From Octopus vulgaris (lineage: Eukaryota): a DNA stretch of 64,000 bases. The stretch is taken from positions 59,458,001 to 59,522,000 of the forward strand of contig OX597820.1 of assembly GCA_951406725.2 (NCBI GenBank), read 5' to 3'. The position numbers and the translations under genes were made by a program. Each line of letters begins with the position of its first letter. Positions within the stretch are counted from its first letter, which is position 1. Positions 27,436-40,659 of the stretch are shown in pieces. The notes below the pieces were generated by a model. That model searched no databases and was not told the DNA's origin. It saw nothing but the letters and a program-made list of their open reading frames with translations.

Positions 27436-27879
27436 CGTCCAATAACACTATACTTGTTCCACGTCCTCGCATTGTTGTGTTTTCTCTCTGTGTTTTCATG
27501 TTTAGATTAACTTTATGTATATATATATATACATACATACACACATACGCGAAGGGGCATGTCTTAGTGGTTAGGGTGTTGCACTCACGAACGCTAGATC
27601 GTGATTTCAATTCTCAGACCGGATGGTGCGTTGTTTTCTTGAGCAAAACACTTCATCTGACATTGCTTTGCAATCACTTCAATATCTGACACGTGGTACA
27701 CAGTGCAGCTTTTCAAACAACATTGATTTGATGGAAAGAGCGAGCTAATAGCACTTAGCGAAATGCACCTGACCGCAGACATTGACTGTGTAAGTACATA
27801 TATCATGTTATGTACTACACAGAACCGGCGGCAGAATACGGAAACAGCGTGGAGTAACACTCTTCATCTGTGAACACAT

Positions 27880-30345
27880 GCCAACAAACGTCTTCCTCTC
27901 TTACTTCCACACACTATGTGATTTACTGATAATGCGTGTTATCGATCTCAGTATAATCATAAGCATTACCTACCGTCCTCCTGACGCGGTTAACCACGGA
28001 GATCACTTCAGGGATGCTTTGTCGATTATAAGTCTAACCCTAGGTGAAGCCAGTCTACAGGCCAATGTACTTTTAACAGAAGTCTTTATTTTTCCTAGTC
28101 TTAGCTGGTCTGAAGGTTACATCCAACCTGGAACTAAACAACTAAAGACGAGGTATATGAACGCTCTTCTCGATACCAATAAAGACTTTCTCATGCAACA
28201 AATCATTACCCGTCCTATTACGGGAAATAACATACTCGACCTACAATGCATACTTCATTAACAATGTTCAGGTCATTTCCACAGCTATTTTCAACCATAA
28301 CATTATACAGTTATTTGTATAAGGTACAAAGAGGGCAACACACACAAATAGCATGAAACATGACTCACACTTCATGAACTTGAATTTCAGGAAGGCCGAG
28401 TGGAAAGAAATTGAAACTGAAATCCTCGAAACAAATTGGTCTCAGCATATTGCCAGCCTCAATATTAACGAGGAAACGAAGTCTCTGTACGAAGAGCTAA
28501 TCAAAATCTATCGAAAGCTTGTCCCATATAAACACCTATTCTCGCAAGAATTTGATTCCACGCGATAGACGGAAATTAATGCGTAACAAAACCAAACTAA
28601 CGAAACAACTAAAATTCCAAACTCTCTCAACAGATGAAATTAAGGTAAAATATAAGAAAGTAAAGAACATTGAACTCGACCTAAACTATCTCATGAAAAA
28701 GAAACTACGGAAAGGGAACAACAAGCAGTGGAAAATATAAAACCTCTTCCTAAGTTCTTTTTCCACTTTGCTAAACAAAAATCCTCTATATATAACCAGA
28801 TTGGCTCTCTAATGGACCAAAATGGATCATACACTAATGATTCATCACAGATATACACATTCTTGAGTCGACATTATAACAGTGCATTTTCCCAATTTAT
28901 AATTAACAAAATAGTACATAACCCAAACGAAATCTTTGATCCCCAGAACTCAACTGCAGAGACACATCTAAAAATTAATGATATCATGAAAGGTGGTACA
29001 CATGCAGCTATTAATGACTTAGATTCAAACTCAGCATCTGGATCAGATTGTCCCCCAGCAATACTGTTAAAAATGTGCATGAAATCATTAAAAGTACTAT
29101 TTCAAAAGTCGCCTATACTGACATATTCCCATGACTACTGAAAGACTCAATGTTAAGACCTATACATTAAGGAGGTAGCTGGGCTGAAGCTAAAAATGAC
29201 ATACTTGTTTCTCTCACATCTCACACATTTAAAATTACCAAACTCTTTGTCCGAAAAATAATAATTACATACCTTGAGGAAAACAAGATGACACAGCATG
29301 GTTTTCGGAGTGGACGATGCTGCTTGTCACAACCATTACAGCACTATGGCACTATCCCCAGTAATCTCTTGAGGGGAAAGAACAGTGACTGTGTATACCT
29401 TGATTTTGTTAAGTCGTTTGACAAGATCGATCATGGAATCGTCTGTCATAAGTTAAGGGATCTCGGTATCACAGGAAAACTCATAGAATTGTTCTTTAAC
29501 TTCCTACTTGATAGGGGTCAATCCGCTACTGAAAATGGTTTTTCTCTCTGCTAAGTCACATGTAATTAGCGGTATACCTCAAGGAACAGTTCTAGTAACA
29601 TTATTATTTATTATCATCCTGTCAGGTATAGCGTCACAAGTGCACTCAGTTACCTTAACGAGCTACACCGATAACACAAAAATATCGATGCTTTGAGCTA
29701 AATTTCATTTATCAGTGTACAGAGAAACAATATGGAATTTAGTACATTAATATTTCAGGTTCTTCATTACGGAGGGAATACTCACAAATCACAATATTTG
29801 ACACCAGATAACACAATGATTCAGAGCGTTAATGATATACGTGACTTAAGAGTAATTACGTCAAATGATACATCTTTCATCAGGCACATCATCAATCTGG
29901 CCTCTAAATGCAGGCATCTTATACGATGGATCCTACAAAGCTTTGTGACAAGAGATCTGATAGTTATGCTTACTCAATGGAAAACCTTAGATCTGAACAG
30001 ATTAGATTATTGCTCACAGCTTTAGGGTCCTAATTCATCCGAATTCATAGAAGAAACTGAAAGGGTACAAGGAACCTTCACCAGTAAAATACCTTCAGTT
30101 AAAAGTCTTAATTACTGGGAACGTCTGAAAACGCTGCGTCTCTGCTTTCTTGGACACTAAAGTAGGAGATATACTATCACATATGTATGGAAAATCCTGG
30201 AGGAATATGTTCCAAACTGCGGCATTAGAAAGAATTTTAATGCTTGAACTGTCAGCTTCCAAATATACCACCTTCGAAAGCATGAGCAAAAACACTCTAT
30301 TGTACCAATCTCATATTTAGGGGTCCTCTAATATTCAAGTGACTA
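27880..30345 (+). mobile_element. Degenerate CR1-group LINE ORF2 (APE endonuclease plus RT), frameshifted
   Basis: Successive ORF pieces give YRPP, GNNILDL, SASGSDCPP (cf. SPGPDG), QHGFRSGRCC, YLDFVKSFDKIDH, GIPQGTVL, YTDNTKI (cf. YADDTK), DIRDLRV and RLDYCSQL in canonical order. Confidence 0.92.
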
Positions 30346-30696
30346 TCTAAAGGGTTCAGAAAGTATCTCTTCTGTTTGGCTGCTACTTTTCAATTTCTTC
30401 AATTTTGTTCCAATTGATTTCATATTTAGTGTGTTGATATACTTTTGTATGAAATTCATTTTCGCCATAAATCAATAAATGAAGAGTTAATCGCTTATAA
30501 AGTTTGCAAATTTTGGATAATTTTAGCCAATCGAAAACCAGACATATAGATGGCTGTTTTCATAGTAACAAGCCAAGCTGTTACCAAGCTGCTTACTCGT
30601 CTGTTGCTGTGCTGTCCAGCCCACATGAAAACACATGAGGTCGTAAGATGTGCTAAAAATAACAGCTAAATAGGCCTTAAATCAAGCACCAAAATT

Positions 30697-31126
30697 GGAT
30701 CTATTCCATCTCAATCACAGATTTTTTAATTAATTTTTTTTTTAACTAAACACATTGAAACTTCGAATGCTGGTAAAAATTTCTCATGTAGAACACGGTT
30801 TACTCTGAACGTTTTTGACCAAATTTCGTATTTTAGAAGTTATTTCGTGTTAAAGTTGTATTTGGGTAATTTCAACCAATCAACGACGTGTATTCGTTTG
30901 AAGAAAGCTACTTTTGTTTGCGATAGTAATTGAAGAGGAACAACTTGCGAGTCATCTCTACTAAATGTCACCACTCTGTTCTATTCGTATGTTGTGCGTG
31001 GACGATGTCACCTTTATCTTTTCTAGTCTAGAAAGGATAAAGGTGGCATCGTCTTTATTAGAAATTTGGTCGAAAACGTTCAGAGAAAACCGTGTTCTTC
31101 GTGAAAAATTCTACCAGTATTCAAAG
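30697..31126. mobile_element. Foldback/MITE-like element with two arms and a central hairpin
   Basis: 30762-30827 is an inverted copy of 31061-31125. The left arm matches the 9885 and 43697 family. There is an internal 26-bp-arm palindrome at 31001-31053. Confidence 0.7.
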
Positions 31127-31129
31127 TAA

Positions 31130-32611
31130 GCTTCAACTTGAACGCACATATGCTTTCAAAATACTGTGTGACAACTTTTTTTACGGCCTTGCAGCATTTT
31201 ATTCAGATTATTCAATTGCTCTGAATATCCACGATGAATGCTAAATCTTGCAGTCATTCTGGTGATTGAAATTCTAACACTAGTTTGTCCTTTTTCTCCA
31301 TGAACTGTTCAATTTCTTCTCGTAGATTAAAGAAACGCTTCAACATGGCACCTCGGCTTAACCACCTTACCTCGGTGTGATATGGCAAACCATAGGTAAT
31401 GCCTATATCCCTGAGAAAATTGTCAAACTGGTGGTGATTCAGACCTCTAGTTCGGATGAAATTAACAGTTCGGCCAACCACTCCCACGACGTGATCCATT
31501 TTAAACGACTTGCAACTCAATGCCTCCCGGTGAAAAATACAGGGAAATATACAAAAATCATGTCTTCCATTTGCAGTCTATACTTTCTCTCTGACCTGCA
31601 TCACAACACCTGCTTTTTTCCCAATCATTGATGGAACGCCATCTGTAGCCATGCTGGCAGCATGAGCCCAGTACACTCCGACCCTGTTCAGCGCTCCAGC
31701 GAGAGAGGTGAAAATGTCATTTATTGTTGTGGTAAATCCAGGAACTCCTTGGTGACGGTCAAAGTCTTGTCTACACCAAGAATGAATATGGTCAGTTGCG
31801 CAACATCCGTAATGTCTGTGCTCTCATCAATTGCAACCGAAAATGCAATAAATGTTTTGACTTTATGCTTCAGCTGCCTGTCCAAATCTGCAGAAAGATC
31901 TGAAATCCTACCTGCCACAGCGTTTCTCGTCAGGCTAATGTTGGCAAAAGTCTGTCGCTTCTCAGTGCATACAGTTTCTGCAGCCTTCAGTATGCATGTT
32001 TTCACGAACTCACCCTCACAGTACGGCTTTGATTCAACAAGGTAGCTAGCGTTTATTACTGCCTGGCTGGTATCTCGTCTTTGGGTTAAAGCAGACTGTT
32101 GTTTCTTCAGATCCGCTAACCATTTATTTTCCTTCTGTCTTCTCAGTTGTTCTTGCAAGTTATTGTATTTGGTGAGTCTCATAGTGAACACCGAAACCTG
32201 CTGGGAAAACACAAAGCACACAAGTTTCCCATTCACCTCCACGAATAAATAGGAAACGTACCACTTTTCTTGAAATAATCTATACTCTGTGTCCACTTTT
32301 CTCTTTTTTGACAAAGACATTTTGAGTAAAAACAGAACGAAATGTTGACATAAAAAAGAAACATACGTTGTTAGTCATTGAATTACTTTCAGAAAAATAT
32401 ATTTATTCCAGTAAAATATTGAAACAAATATTTAAGTAATTTAAGGGAGTTTTTCTATTAGAAAATGAATCATTGACACTCTCATCAATCATACTCAAAC
32501 AATCAACATTTACAGTAAGTAAGTAAATATATAATATCATTTTTACACTTTTCAAAGTCATCTCGCGAGCCGGATGAAACTCTGTAGCGGGCCGTATGTT
32601 TGACACTCCTG
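31130..32611 (-). mobile_element. hAT (Charlie/Buster, SPIN/OC1-like) transposon, 5' half, transposase pseudogene
   Basis: MSLSKKRKVDTEYRLFQEKW, KPYCEGEFVKTC, SLTRNAVAGRI, FSVAIDESTDITDVAQL (first catalytic D) and VNFIRTRGLNHHQF..YHTEVRWLSRG. Left TIR CAGGAGTGTCAAAC starts at 32611. The 3' end is missing. Confidence 0.92.
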
Positions 32612-33239
32612 ATTTAATTGCAGCCAATAACTCGGGCTCCTTTTAATGAGCCTGGTCGCAGTTCATTTATCTTCATTCAGCATCTGGCGGTCGTCTTAGA
32701 GGTGCCCTGTGTCAAAAAATATCATTGGTGACAGACGTTCTCTGGACATCGTTCACACGCGCCTGACTCGGACTCGAAGTTACAGCCCGAGTTGTTATCT
32801 ATAATTGAAAAAAATAAATGTAATTCAAATGTAATGTTTTCTTCATTTTTACATTTTATGCATAGTAATCAGAGTAACCTTCATAATTCTATTGAATTAG
32901 ATGCATATTTTGCCATAAAAGGAAAATGTTGCTATCGATCTATTTTATTCAAGGTAGGCACTGCCTACCTTGCCTACCTAGGCAGCACGTCCCTGATATA
33001 TACATTAGGCTTCTTTCAGTTTCCATCTGCCAAATCTACTTACAAGACTTTGGTCGGCCCGAGGCTATAGTAGAAGACACTTGCCCAAGGGGTCACACAG
33101 TAAAGCTGAACCCGGAACTATGTGGTTGGGAAGCAAGCTTCTTACTACACAGCCACGTCTGCGCCTATATATACGTGTATATAAACATAAACAAGCTAAC
33201 ATTTTTTTATAAGTGTCGAAATGTGTATTGTACGATGTA

Positions 33240-34156
33240 AATAAGATGATATTTTTTCGAACGCTGAGTTGCTCTTAGAACAGCAGAAATACTGGATAAA
33301 TTATCCTTACAAAGCGGAAAAATTCCTCAACAAACAGCCATGCGTCTCGAACCCACATCCCTCGAGGGATACATTTATATACATTATATACATTACTACC
33401 TGTGACGACACTTTTCAAAAAGTTTTCATCCAAGTCAAAACAATCAAAGATCTGAGGTATCTTCATGAATGGAAAGATGAATAAGTACCAGAAAGTCTCG
33501 CTGCTCCTGATGTATTGTTTCTACTGAAATTTCTTAACTTCATCGCGGTTGTTTTGCTTCTTCTGAGCAAACATTGCAGTGGCAGATTCCGTGAGGTCAT
33601 ATCAACAGACATAGTTGATGAGTTGTATTGAATTGCTGAAGTGAAAATTGAAGTGTGCATTAAATGAATCAGTCAGGAGTGAGGAGTAGCAAACTGTCTA
33701 CCAGTTGGCAATTTCTTGGTGTTCAACAAAGCTTTGGAATTCTTCATTTTTATTGGTGCTCTTCTTCCGGAAGAAAGTTGACCGTATTCCTCTGTTTAGA
33801 AATCATTAGGTATATTTTTTCTCTTCTAAGCTCAGTATTATCCCGTTGAGATCATCGTAAGGACCATGAACTATCTGAGTTTTAACAATGCTGAAGAGCT
33901 CTTTCTCCTTGGAAACAGTGGAAATAATAGAATTAATTTGATTGGAGTAAATATTATTCTCTAATAAGATCAAAATGTGTCCATGTAGCAAGCTTTCTTT
34001 CTCTGTGTAATACAGTAAGTGATACAAACATAGTCTGTAACAAACTGTAGCATAAACTATATTTGGTCGTGACTGAAATTTGAACTCGTATCCACAAAAA
34101 TTTACTTCTCCAAAAATATTAAGGATGAATTGTAATTTTATGTAAGTATTGTTGCT
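33240..34156 (-). mobile_element. Degenerate Helitron Rep fragment
   Basis: LLHGHILILL (HUH motif, cf. GLPHAHILI), INSIIST, IVKTQIVHGP (cf. M.HGPCG), FNAHFN (cf. F.AHINVE) and QYIRSSE (cf. RYISS.EA). Confidence 0.75.
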
Positions 34157-34424
34157 CCAAGGAACTTTCTGAAACCAATGGAAATTACAGCAACAATACT
34201 TACATAAAATTACAATTCATCCTTAATATTTTTGGAGAAGTAAATTTTTGTGGATACGAGTTCAAATTTCAGTCACGACCACATATAGTTTATGCTACAA
34301 TTTGTTACAGACTATGTTTGTATCACTTACTGTATTACACAGAGAAAGAAAGTTTGCTACATGGACACAATTTGATCTTATTAGAGAATAAGATTTACTC
34401 CAATCAAATTAGTTCTATTATTTC
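33921..34424. repeat. 236-bp near-perfect inverted repeat with 32-bp spacer
   Basis: 33921-34156 is the reverse complement of 34189-34424, with about 6 mismatches by eye. Confidence 0.95.
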
Positions 34425-34629
34425 AACAACTGTGAAGCTGAAATCATTTTATGAAGATTGAATCATGGTACAAGGCACATGGTATGAAGATGGACTCATG
34501 GTATGAGGCACATGGTATGAGGCACATGGTATGAAGCACATTGAATCATTTGCTCAGAAGTTGTTGGCAGCAGATAGCTCTTCTGATGAGTAGAACGTGA
34601 TTCTTCCAAAAAAGTGCCACATTTCTTTT

Positions 34630-35270
34630 CGCACGCCTCTAGTGTCTGCAGTTGCAGCCAAAGAACTAAAATGTATTGAAGATATTAGAGAACAATCACT
34701 TAGGCTGAGCGTGTTATTCGAAACGGTTCGGTAGGTGGCCATTTAATCCGACCTCTGAGAAGATATCAGCAACCCGCTGAAAAACAAGACTAACGTCGTT
34801 GCACTTAGAACAATAACTAAGCACTAAGGTCAACTCAATCGAAAACCGTGAATTGATCCACCAAAATCAGGTTTATCATCCACTTTCTCAATGATGTATC
34901 GCATGACGAAGAACTTGTAAATAGATCTACTGAGAATGGCACAGTTCTTTGTGCTCTCGATCACATTAACAATGATAAGCATCAACCTTTTCGTGAGTAT
35001 CTTCACCAAAGTCTTAAATTCTACATTCCGCAGGATTATGGACCTAAACCAATCAATATTGTCCCTATGTTCGTTTCCTTTACCACTAGTGTCACCACTT
35101 TCCGACTAACACAGCTGGGAATGTTCCCAGTTTGTTGCCAGTTGCGATAGACATTTTGTTCATAGGGTAGATAATCTAAACTAGACGATTCGCTTTTTGC
35201 AAAGCAATCAAACTTATCTCAACTGCCGTTATTGGCAATATGACTGCATTTCTGTCAAGGTCTATGGTTG
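34630..35270 (-). mobile_element. Degenerate L1/Tx1-clade RT fragment
   Basis: The minus strand gives FRSIILRNVEFKTLVKILTKRL (cf. RPITLLN.D.KILAK.LA.RL), CAILSRSI, DQFTVFD*VD (cf. DQ.KAFDRVD) and EPFRITRS. Confidence 0.7.
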
Positions 35271-35599
35271 ATGTAGGCATTAGAATCCGTTATCTAACGA
35301 CTCAGCCATACCTCATTACGTGAGGTATGTATGTGTATGTGGTGGTGGTGGGGGGCGTGTACGTGGGTGCGTGTGTATTCCTAATTCCTTTCATGTGTGG
35401 CTGATTTCATTGTCAGTATCTATCGACATGGTGACCCATTCTTCTTTGGAAGTGCCTCCGGTGCATTTGGCAACTCCAAACTCAATACTGGTGTCACACC
35501 CATTAAGCTTTAGTCTAGAAAAGATTTTCATACTACAACTCGGATTCTGCTTATAACTTGTAACTAGTTCACCTCTGCTAAGCGCCTCTTCTAGCTTTC

Positions 35600-35650
<51 letters not shown>

Positions 35651-35652
<2 letters not shown>

Positions 35653-36690
35653 CCCTGATACAGTACCAGGCAGTGGCTCTCATGGTTTCTGATCTTAAAT
35701 GATTGGAAGTGTTAACATGTACATATTTTGTCTTTGTATAAAAAGATGGGCTACACCAAATATTTTGCTCTATACCACAGATTTAATTGTCAGTTGCTTG
35801 ACCTTAACCCATTGAACATGTCCCTTAGTGGCTGACGATATGTGCATCTCTGGTCACGAGCAGAAGTAGTGGGGGAGCATCATAGCCATGTGTTGAGAGG
35901 AATTCTTTAGGGTTTGAATAATTCACCTCTGGAAACATGGGTGTTTCATTTATCATTCTTAACCCTCATTCAGGGACCTTTTGAGCGGGATGAACTACTC
36001 AACTTGAAGAAAATTCTAACTGGGCCCCACCTGCAAGGTCATGCACTGTTTATCTTGATATAAGGTTACCATATCGTGCACATAAAGTTGTGATGCATGT
36101 GTCTGGTGTACCCTTATCAGGCAAGTAGACATGATGGGTATATTGGGCTTCGTATATCTGTACCCCAGTGTCATTGCTCTCTCACTCAACAACACCAACA
36201 ACAATAATAATAACAATAACAAAAAAGGTATGTTTATTAATTGGCATGAGTATTCCTTGCGATCCCAATATAGCGGCGAAAGAATTTGACAAGATCAGTA
36301 AATATAAAGACTTACTAATAGAAATTGAAAAAAATGTGGCATCTCAAGCGACTACAGTACCAGTGATTGTAATATCTCTAGGAATGATAAAAAAAAAAGG
36401 TACTGAAACCTATTTGAAAATGATACCAGGCTTACAATCCCTACAGGAAGTGCAAAAAATTGTGTTATCTGGAACGACTCATGTACCGAGAAGAGCATTA
36501 TCGCTGTGAAAACAACATGCATTCATGAATTTATTTATATATTAATTTTTTAAATACATGTTTTACCTGTGAATTTGCGTGTGTAATCTGGGTATGCATA
36601 CAATGAGCTCCTCTGCTCTAGGTGTACGGAAAACACTCGGCGAGAAATGGAAGAAAATTTGAAGAAAGAAGGGGGACAAAAATAATAATG
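35651..36690 (+). mobile_element. R4/Dong-like (REL endonuclease) non-LTR element remnant in (TAA)n
   Basis: 36225-36509 encodes CLLIGMSIPCD.NI..KEFDKISKYKDL.IEI...VPVIVISLGMI...VQKIVLSGT, the C-terminal REL domain of R4/Dong-type elements. It is bounded by (AAT)n at 35602-35650 and AATAATAAT at about 36681. The assignment of 35651-36180 to the same element is uncertain. Confidence 0.7.
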
Positions 36691-37848
36691 ACTGCAAGAA
36701 CCCATACTAACAATGCAAAGCTGTCTAAGAAACGGAAAAGGTTACAATATAAGTCGATCAATATATGTCGATATATATATATATATATATATACTAGGCT
36801 TACAAACAATGAGTCCTCGGCTCGATTTGCTCGACTAAAGGCGGTGCTCCAGCATGGCCATAGTTAAATGACTGAAACAAGTAAAAGAATAAAAAAGAGT
36901 ATATATATATATATATATATATATATCATGATATCGCCTGGGCTATCAGATGTTGTCACACATCACTGGTCACAATGCGCTTCGCATTGTTTTAGCCTTC
37001 GAAAGATGCCACCCTGCTGGTTTGGCAGGCACACCAGTACACCTCCTGAACGGGGTGCCAGTCCGTCGTAGGGTTACCTATTTATTGCTGAATGAAATGA
37101 AGTGTCTTACTCAGGAACAAAACGCGCAGCCGGTCTGGGAATCGAAACCATGATCACGGAATAGTGCGAATAATACCCTAACCACTGGACCACGGGCCTT
37201 TACATGCACGCGCGCGCACGAACACACACAATGTATTGCACATGTATCCCCTATGTTACGAAAGCATTATATTTCTAAAATCTTATTGCAACGTGAAATT
37301 TCGTAACAAGAAATATGTTTACCAGTGTCACGGTAGTTTGGTGAACTTGGTAATGGCCTTCTTCAGGTAGAAAAAGCACGCAGACTCACGGACACAGTCC
37401 AGTCATATGGTTTTCCGAACTCCAATCATAGCTGAGGGTTTCACTTTACTCTGTGACTCGGTTATTGTTATCTGCAGCCTCAATAACGTTGAACTTTTTT
37501 TCCAAAAGTTTCACTCTGTAGGTTTATTTCTCTCCCCAGCAATTGTTTTTATAAGTTGTTTCAAAGTTTCCAGATAATATGCTTTGACATTAGCTTTAAC
37601 ACCTTGACTCATTGGCTGGATCAAATAAGTTGTGTCTTTAAGGATATATATTCCAGGCCCACTTTAATGGAAAGATGATATTAAAAAGATGTCTTAGTGC
37701 AGGGTCTAAAAGAGGCAAGAGGCAACATTTTGTTGGGAACATTAATTCTGGCACTGTACTTTCTACAGCAGGTCAAAAAGTTTGTAAACAAGTCTTGGAA
37801 AAGGCTCGTAGTTATTCAAGCCTTATTTGAATACCTAAACATATATAA

Positions 37849-38385
37849 AGCGGGTGTCTCCCCAAAATTGACATCATTTGAAATGTGAATATCTGAGTAA
37901 CTACATGTCCTAGGCAAACAAAATTAAATAAGCTTCGTGTTGAACAATAAAATATTTATTCATCAAAATTCGAACAAGAGATTCAGAGGGATGTAGATTT
38001 TATAACCGGTTCCCCAATGCTTCACAAATGTTCAATATGCACACCGCCCGTGACATGACACACGTCAAGTCCTGCCAAACACGCTGTAGCTTGTCTTGCG
38101 TAACATTCTCCAGCACCTCAGTGATTTTCTGCTTGAGTTCCTCTAGGCTTGTAGAAAGAAGGGGAATATAGATCAATCCTTTCACATAGCCCCATAGAAA
38201 AAATCACAAGATGTCAAGTCACGTGAACGTGGTGGCCATTTCAACAGTACATTGTCATTATCATTGGTATGTCTGATCCAAATTTAATTATTTTATACAC
38301 ATTTTGTTAAAAGTTGAGTTCATTTGAGTGAGAATTGACTGTCATTTGACTCCGAAATGATGTCAATTTTTAGGGGACATCTTGT
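37849..38385 (-). mobile_element. Internally deleted Tc1/mariner-superfamily element
   Basis: TIRs GGTGTCTCCCCAAAATTGACATCATTT and AAATGATGTCAATTTTTAGGGGACATC. The interior encodes KWPPRSRDLTSCDF..WGYVKGLIY...SLEELKQKI (cf. WPPRSPDLTP.DFFLWGY.K). Confidence 0.85.
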
Positions 38386-39515
38386 TTATTAAACTTAGCA
38401 TAGCCCTTCTAAGCTCTTGGATTTTTAGAGTGATAAACAAACAAAGGCTTTAATTTCACATCACGAAAGCATATTCTATTACAAGAAGCACCAAAGAATT
38501 TTTAGAAGCCTTGAAGTTTAGAACTGATTTTTCTTCTCTGAGAGGACCTAGCAGGGATGTAGATCCAAAACAAAACTTGTATCATCAATACTATACACTT
38601 GCCCTGGTCTGTAGCCTTCCTCGGGAGTATTGGCCCTACTGGCGAGAAGTCCATCATCCATTTTCTGCAAATCGTCACTCATACAGCGTTAGATTTCGCT
38701 TGAACGGCCATATTTTATTTTTATTCATTTATTTATTTATTTATTTTGAAGCGTTACTTCCTGTCTGATCCCCGGTCGAGACATTCGTGAACTGTATCAT
38801 ATTAAATATCACATCAGATCTATGAAAAATAATGTCCGGATAATTAATGGAGTTTCTGCTTGAGTACATGGCCTGGTCATCTCTAAAAAGTCAAATTCAA
38901 ATGTTTCAAGAATCTTAATCTGAAGGCAATGATTTATACCGAAGTTACCAGATGTTTGGACCGTAAAAAAAAGATCTTCCAAACCTTACGCTTTACGACA
39001 TTCTTTATAAGTTCATGTAGTAATTATTGATAATAATACAACATTCTTAGCTGAACTGGGTAAGTTATATAGTTCTATGTTCAAGGACTCTGTATACTTT
39101 CAGAAGCAAAGTGTTATGCTTCCTTACATCATATTCTATGCGCAAGTGCAACCGGAAATTGCCGGAACAATACCATAGTGGCACACACAATTCTTGTCTA
39201 TCTGATAGTACCATAAACAAAGACTTTTTTTGCGATAAACATTGAGCTTAAAGCCATGTAACAAAAAATTAATACATCTTTAACTTAGTACACATATATA
39301 GGGAATAGCTACTCTTTAAACATGTTTTATAAACAAGAATTTTATCATTTTCATTAAAGTGTCTCACATTTTGTACAAGTTTCTTGCAGTTTGTTTAAAA
39401 CAAAAGAATCTTAATGAAAAAGATAAATAATAGTAAATTGATGTGTTTTTAATACTACACGTATATACACATAAATGCATACATATGCACACACATACAA
39501 GCACACACATACGCG

Positions 39516-39554
<39 letters not shown>

Positions 39555-40178
39555 CGTACGTATGTATAGTATAGATAGAGCCGGTGGTGGTTCGGACTTG
39601 TTGCTGAAAAGATTTGGTTTTAAATTTCTACATTTAAAAAAGAAAATGGCGACTGTGATCATAAATTTCTCTCACCATCACTTATTCACATAACTATACA
39701 CATATGCAAGCACGCACACACACACACACACACACACACATTCACATATACGCGCGTGCGTGCTAAAACAACAGACAGATCCTATTTCGCATTCAAACAA
39801 ACCAACAAGACAAAGAAAATAGAGTTAAAAGAAAGTATTTAAGAACAAAAAAGTGACAGAAGATACAAGTAAAAAATATGAATAATAAAAAGAAAATTCC
39901 CCAAATCTAGAAAGCAAGATGGCTGCGTTTAGCGAGCTGAGCTAAAAACATAAACCAGTGGGGTCGTTACTGGCTATATATAGCGTCTTCTTTTGTCTCG
40001 TCGGAATAGTTTCGTATTCATTATTGCTGCACTTATCAACTGTCTTTTCAGCATCGCCTCCCGTTTGTTTTCCTCCCTATATTTGTCCCTGGGAAATGTT
40101 CAGTATCTTGTGCCGTTTTGCAGTCTGCGGTGGACTTTCTCCTTAATTCACTCTGTTTTTGTCTGTTTGACTCTCTCT

Positions 40179-40249
<71 letters not shown>

Positions 40250-40251
40250 AT

Positions 40252-40421
40252 ATTCTTTTATTCTTTTACTTGTTTCAGTCATTTGACTGCGGCCATGCTA
40301 AAACACCGTCTTAAAAGGTTTCAGTCGAAGAAATCTACCCTAGGACTTTGTAAGCCTAGTACTTCTTCTATTGTTCTGTTTTACCGAACTGCTAGCTTAC
40401 GGGTGCATAAACACAAACAAA

Positions 40422-40496
<75 letters not shown>

Positions 40497-40659
40497 GGGA
40501 GGCTTCTTTCAGTTTCCGTCTACCAAGTCCAGTCACAAGACCTTGGTCGGCCCGAGGCTTTAGCAGAAGACACATACCTAAAGTGCCACGCAGTGGGACT
40601 GAACCCGGAACCATGTGGTTGGGAAGCAAGCTTCTTACCACGCAACCATGCCTGCGCCT
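40252..40659 (-). mobile_element. CORE-like SINE
   Basis: Full reverse-complement copy of the 7343/55495 family, with an internal (CA)n(TA)n tract. Confidence 0.88.
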
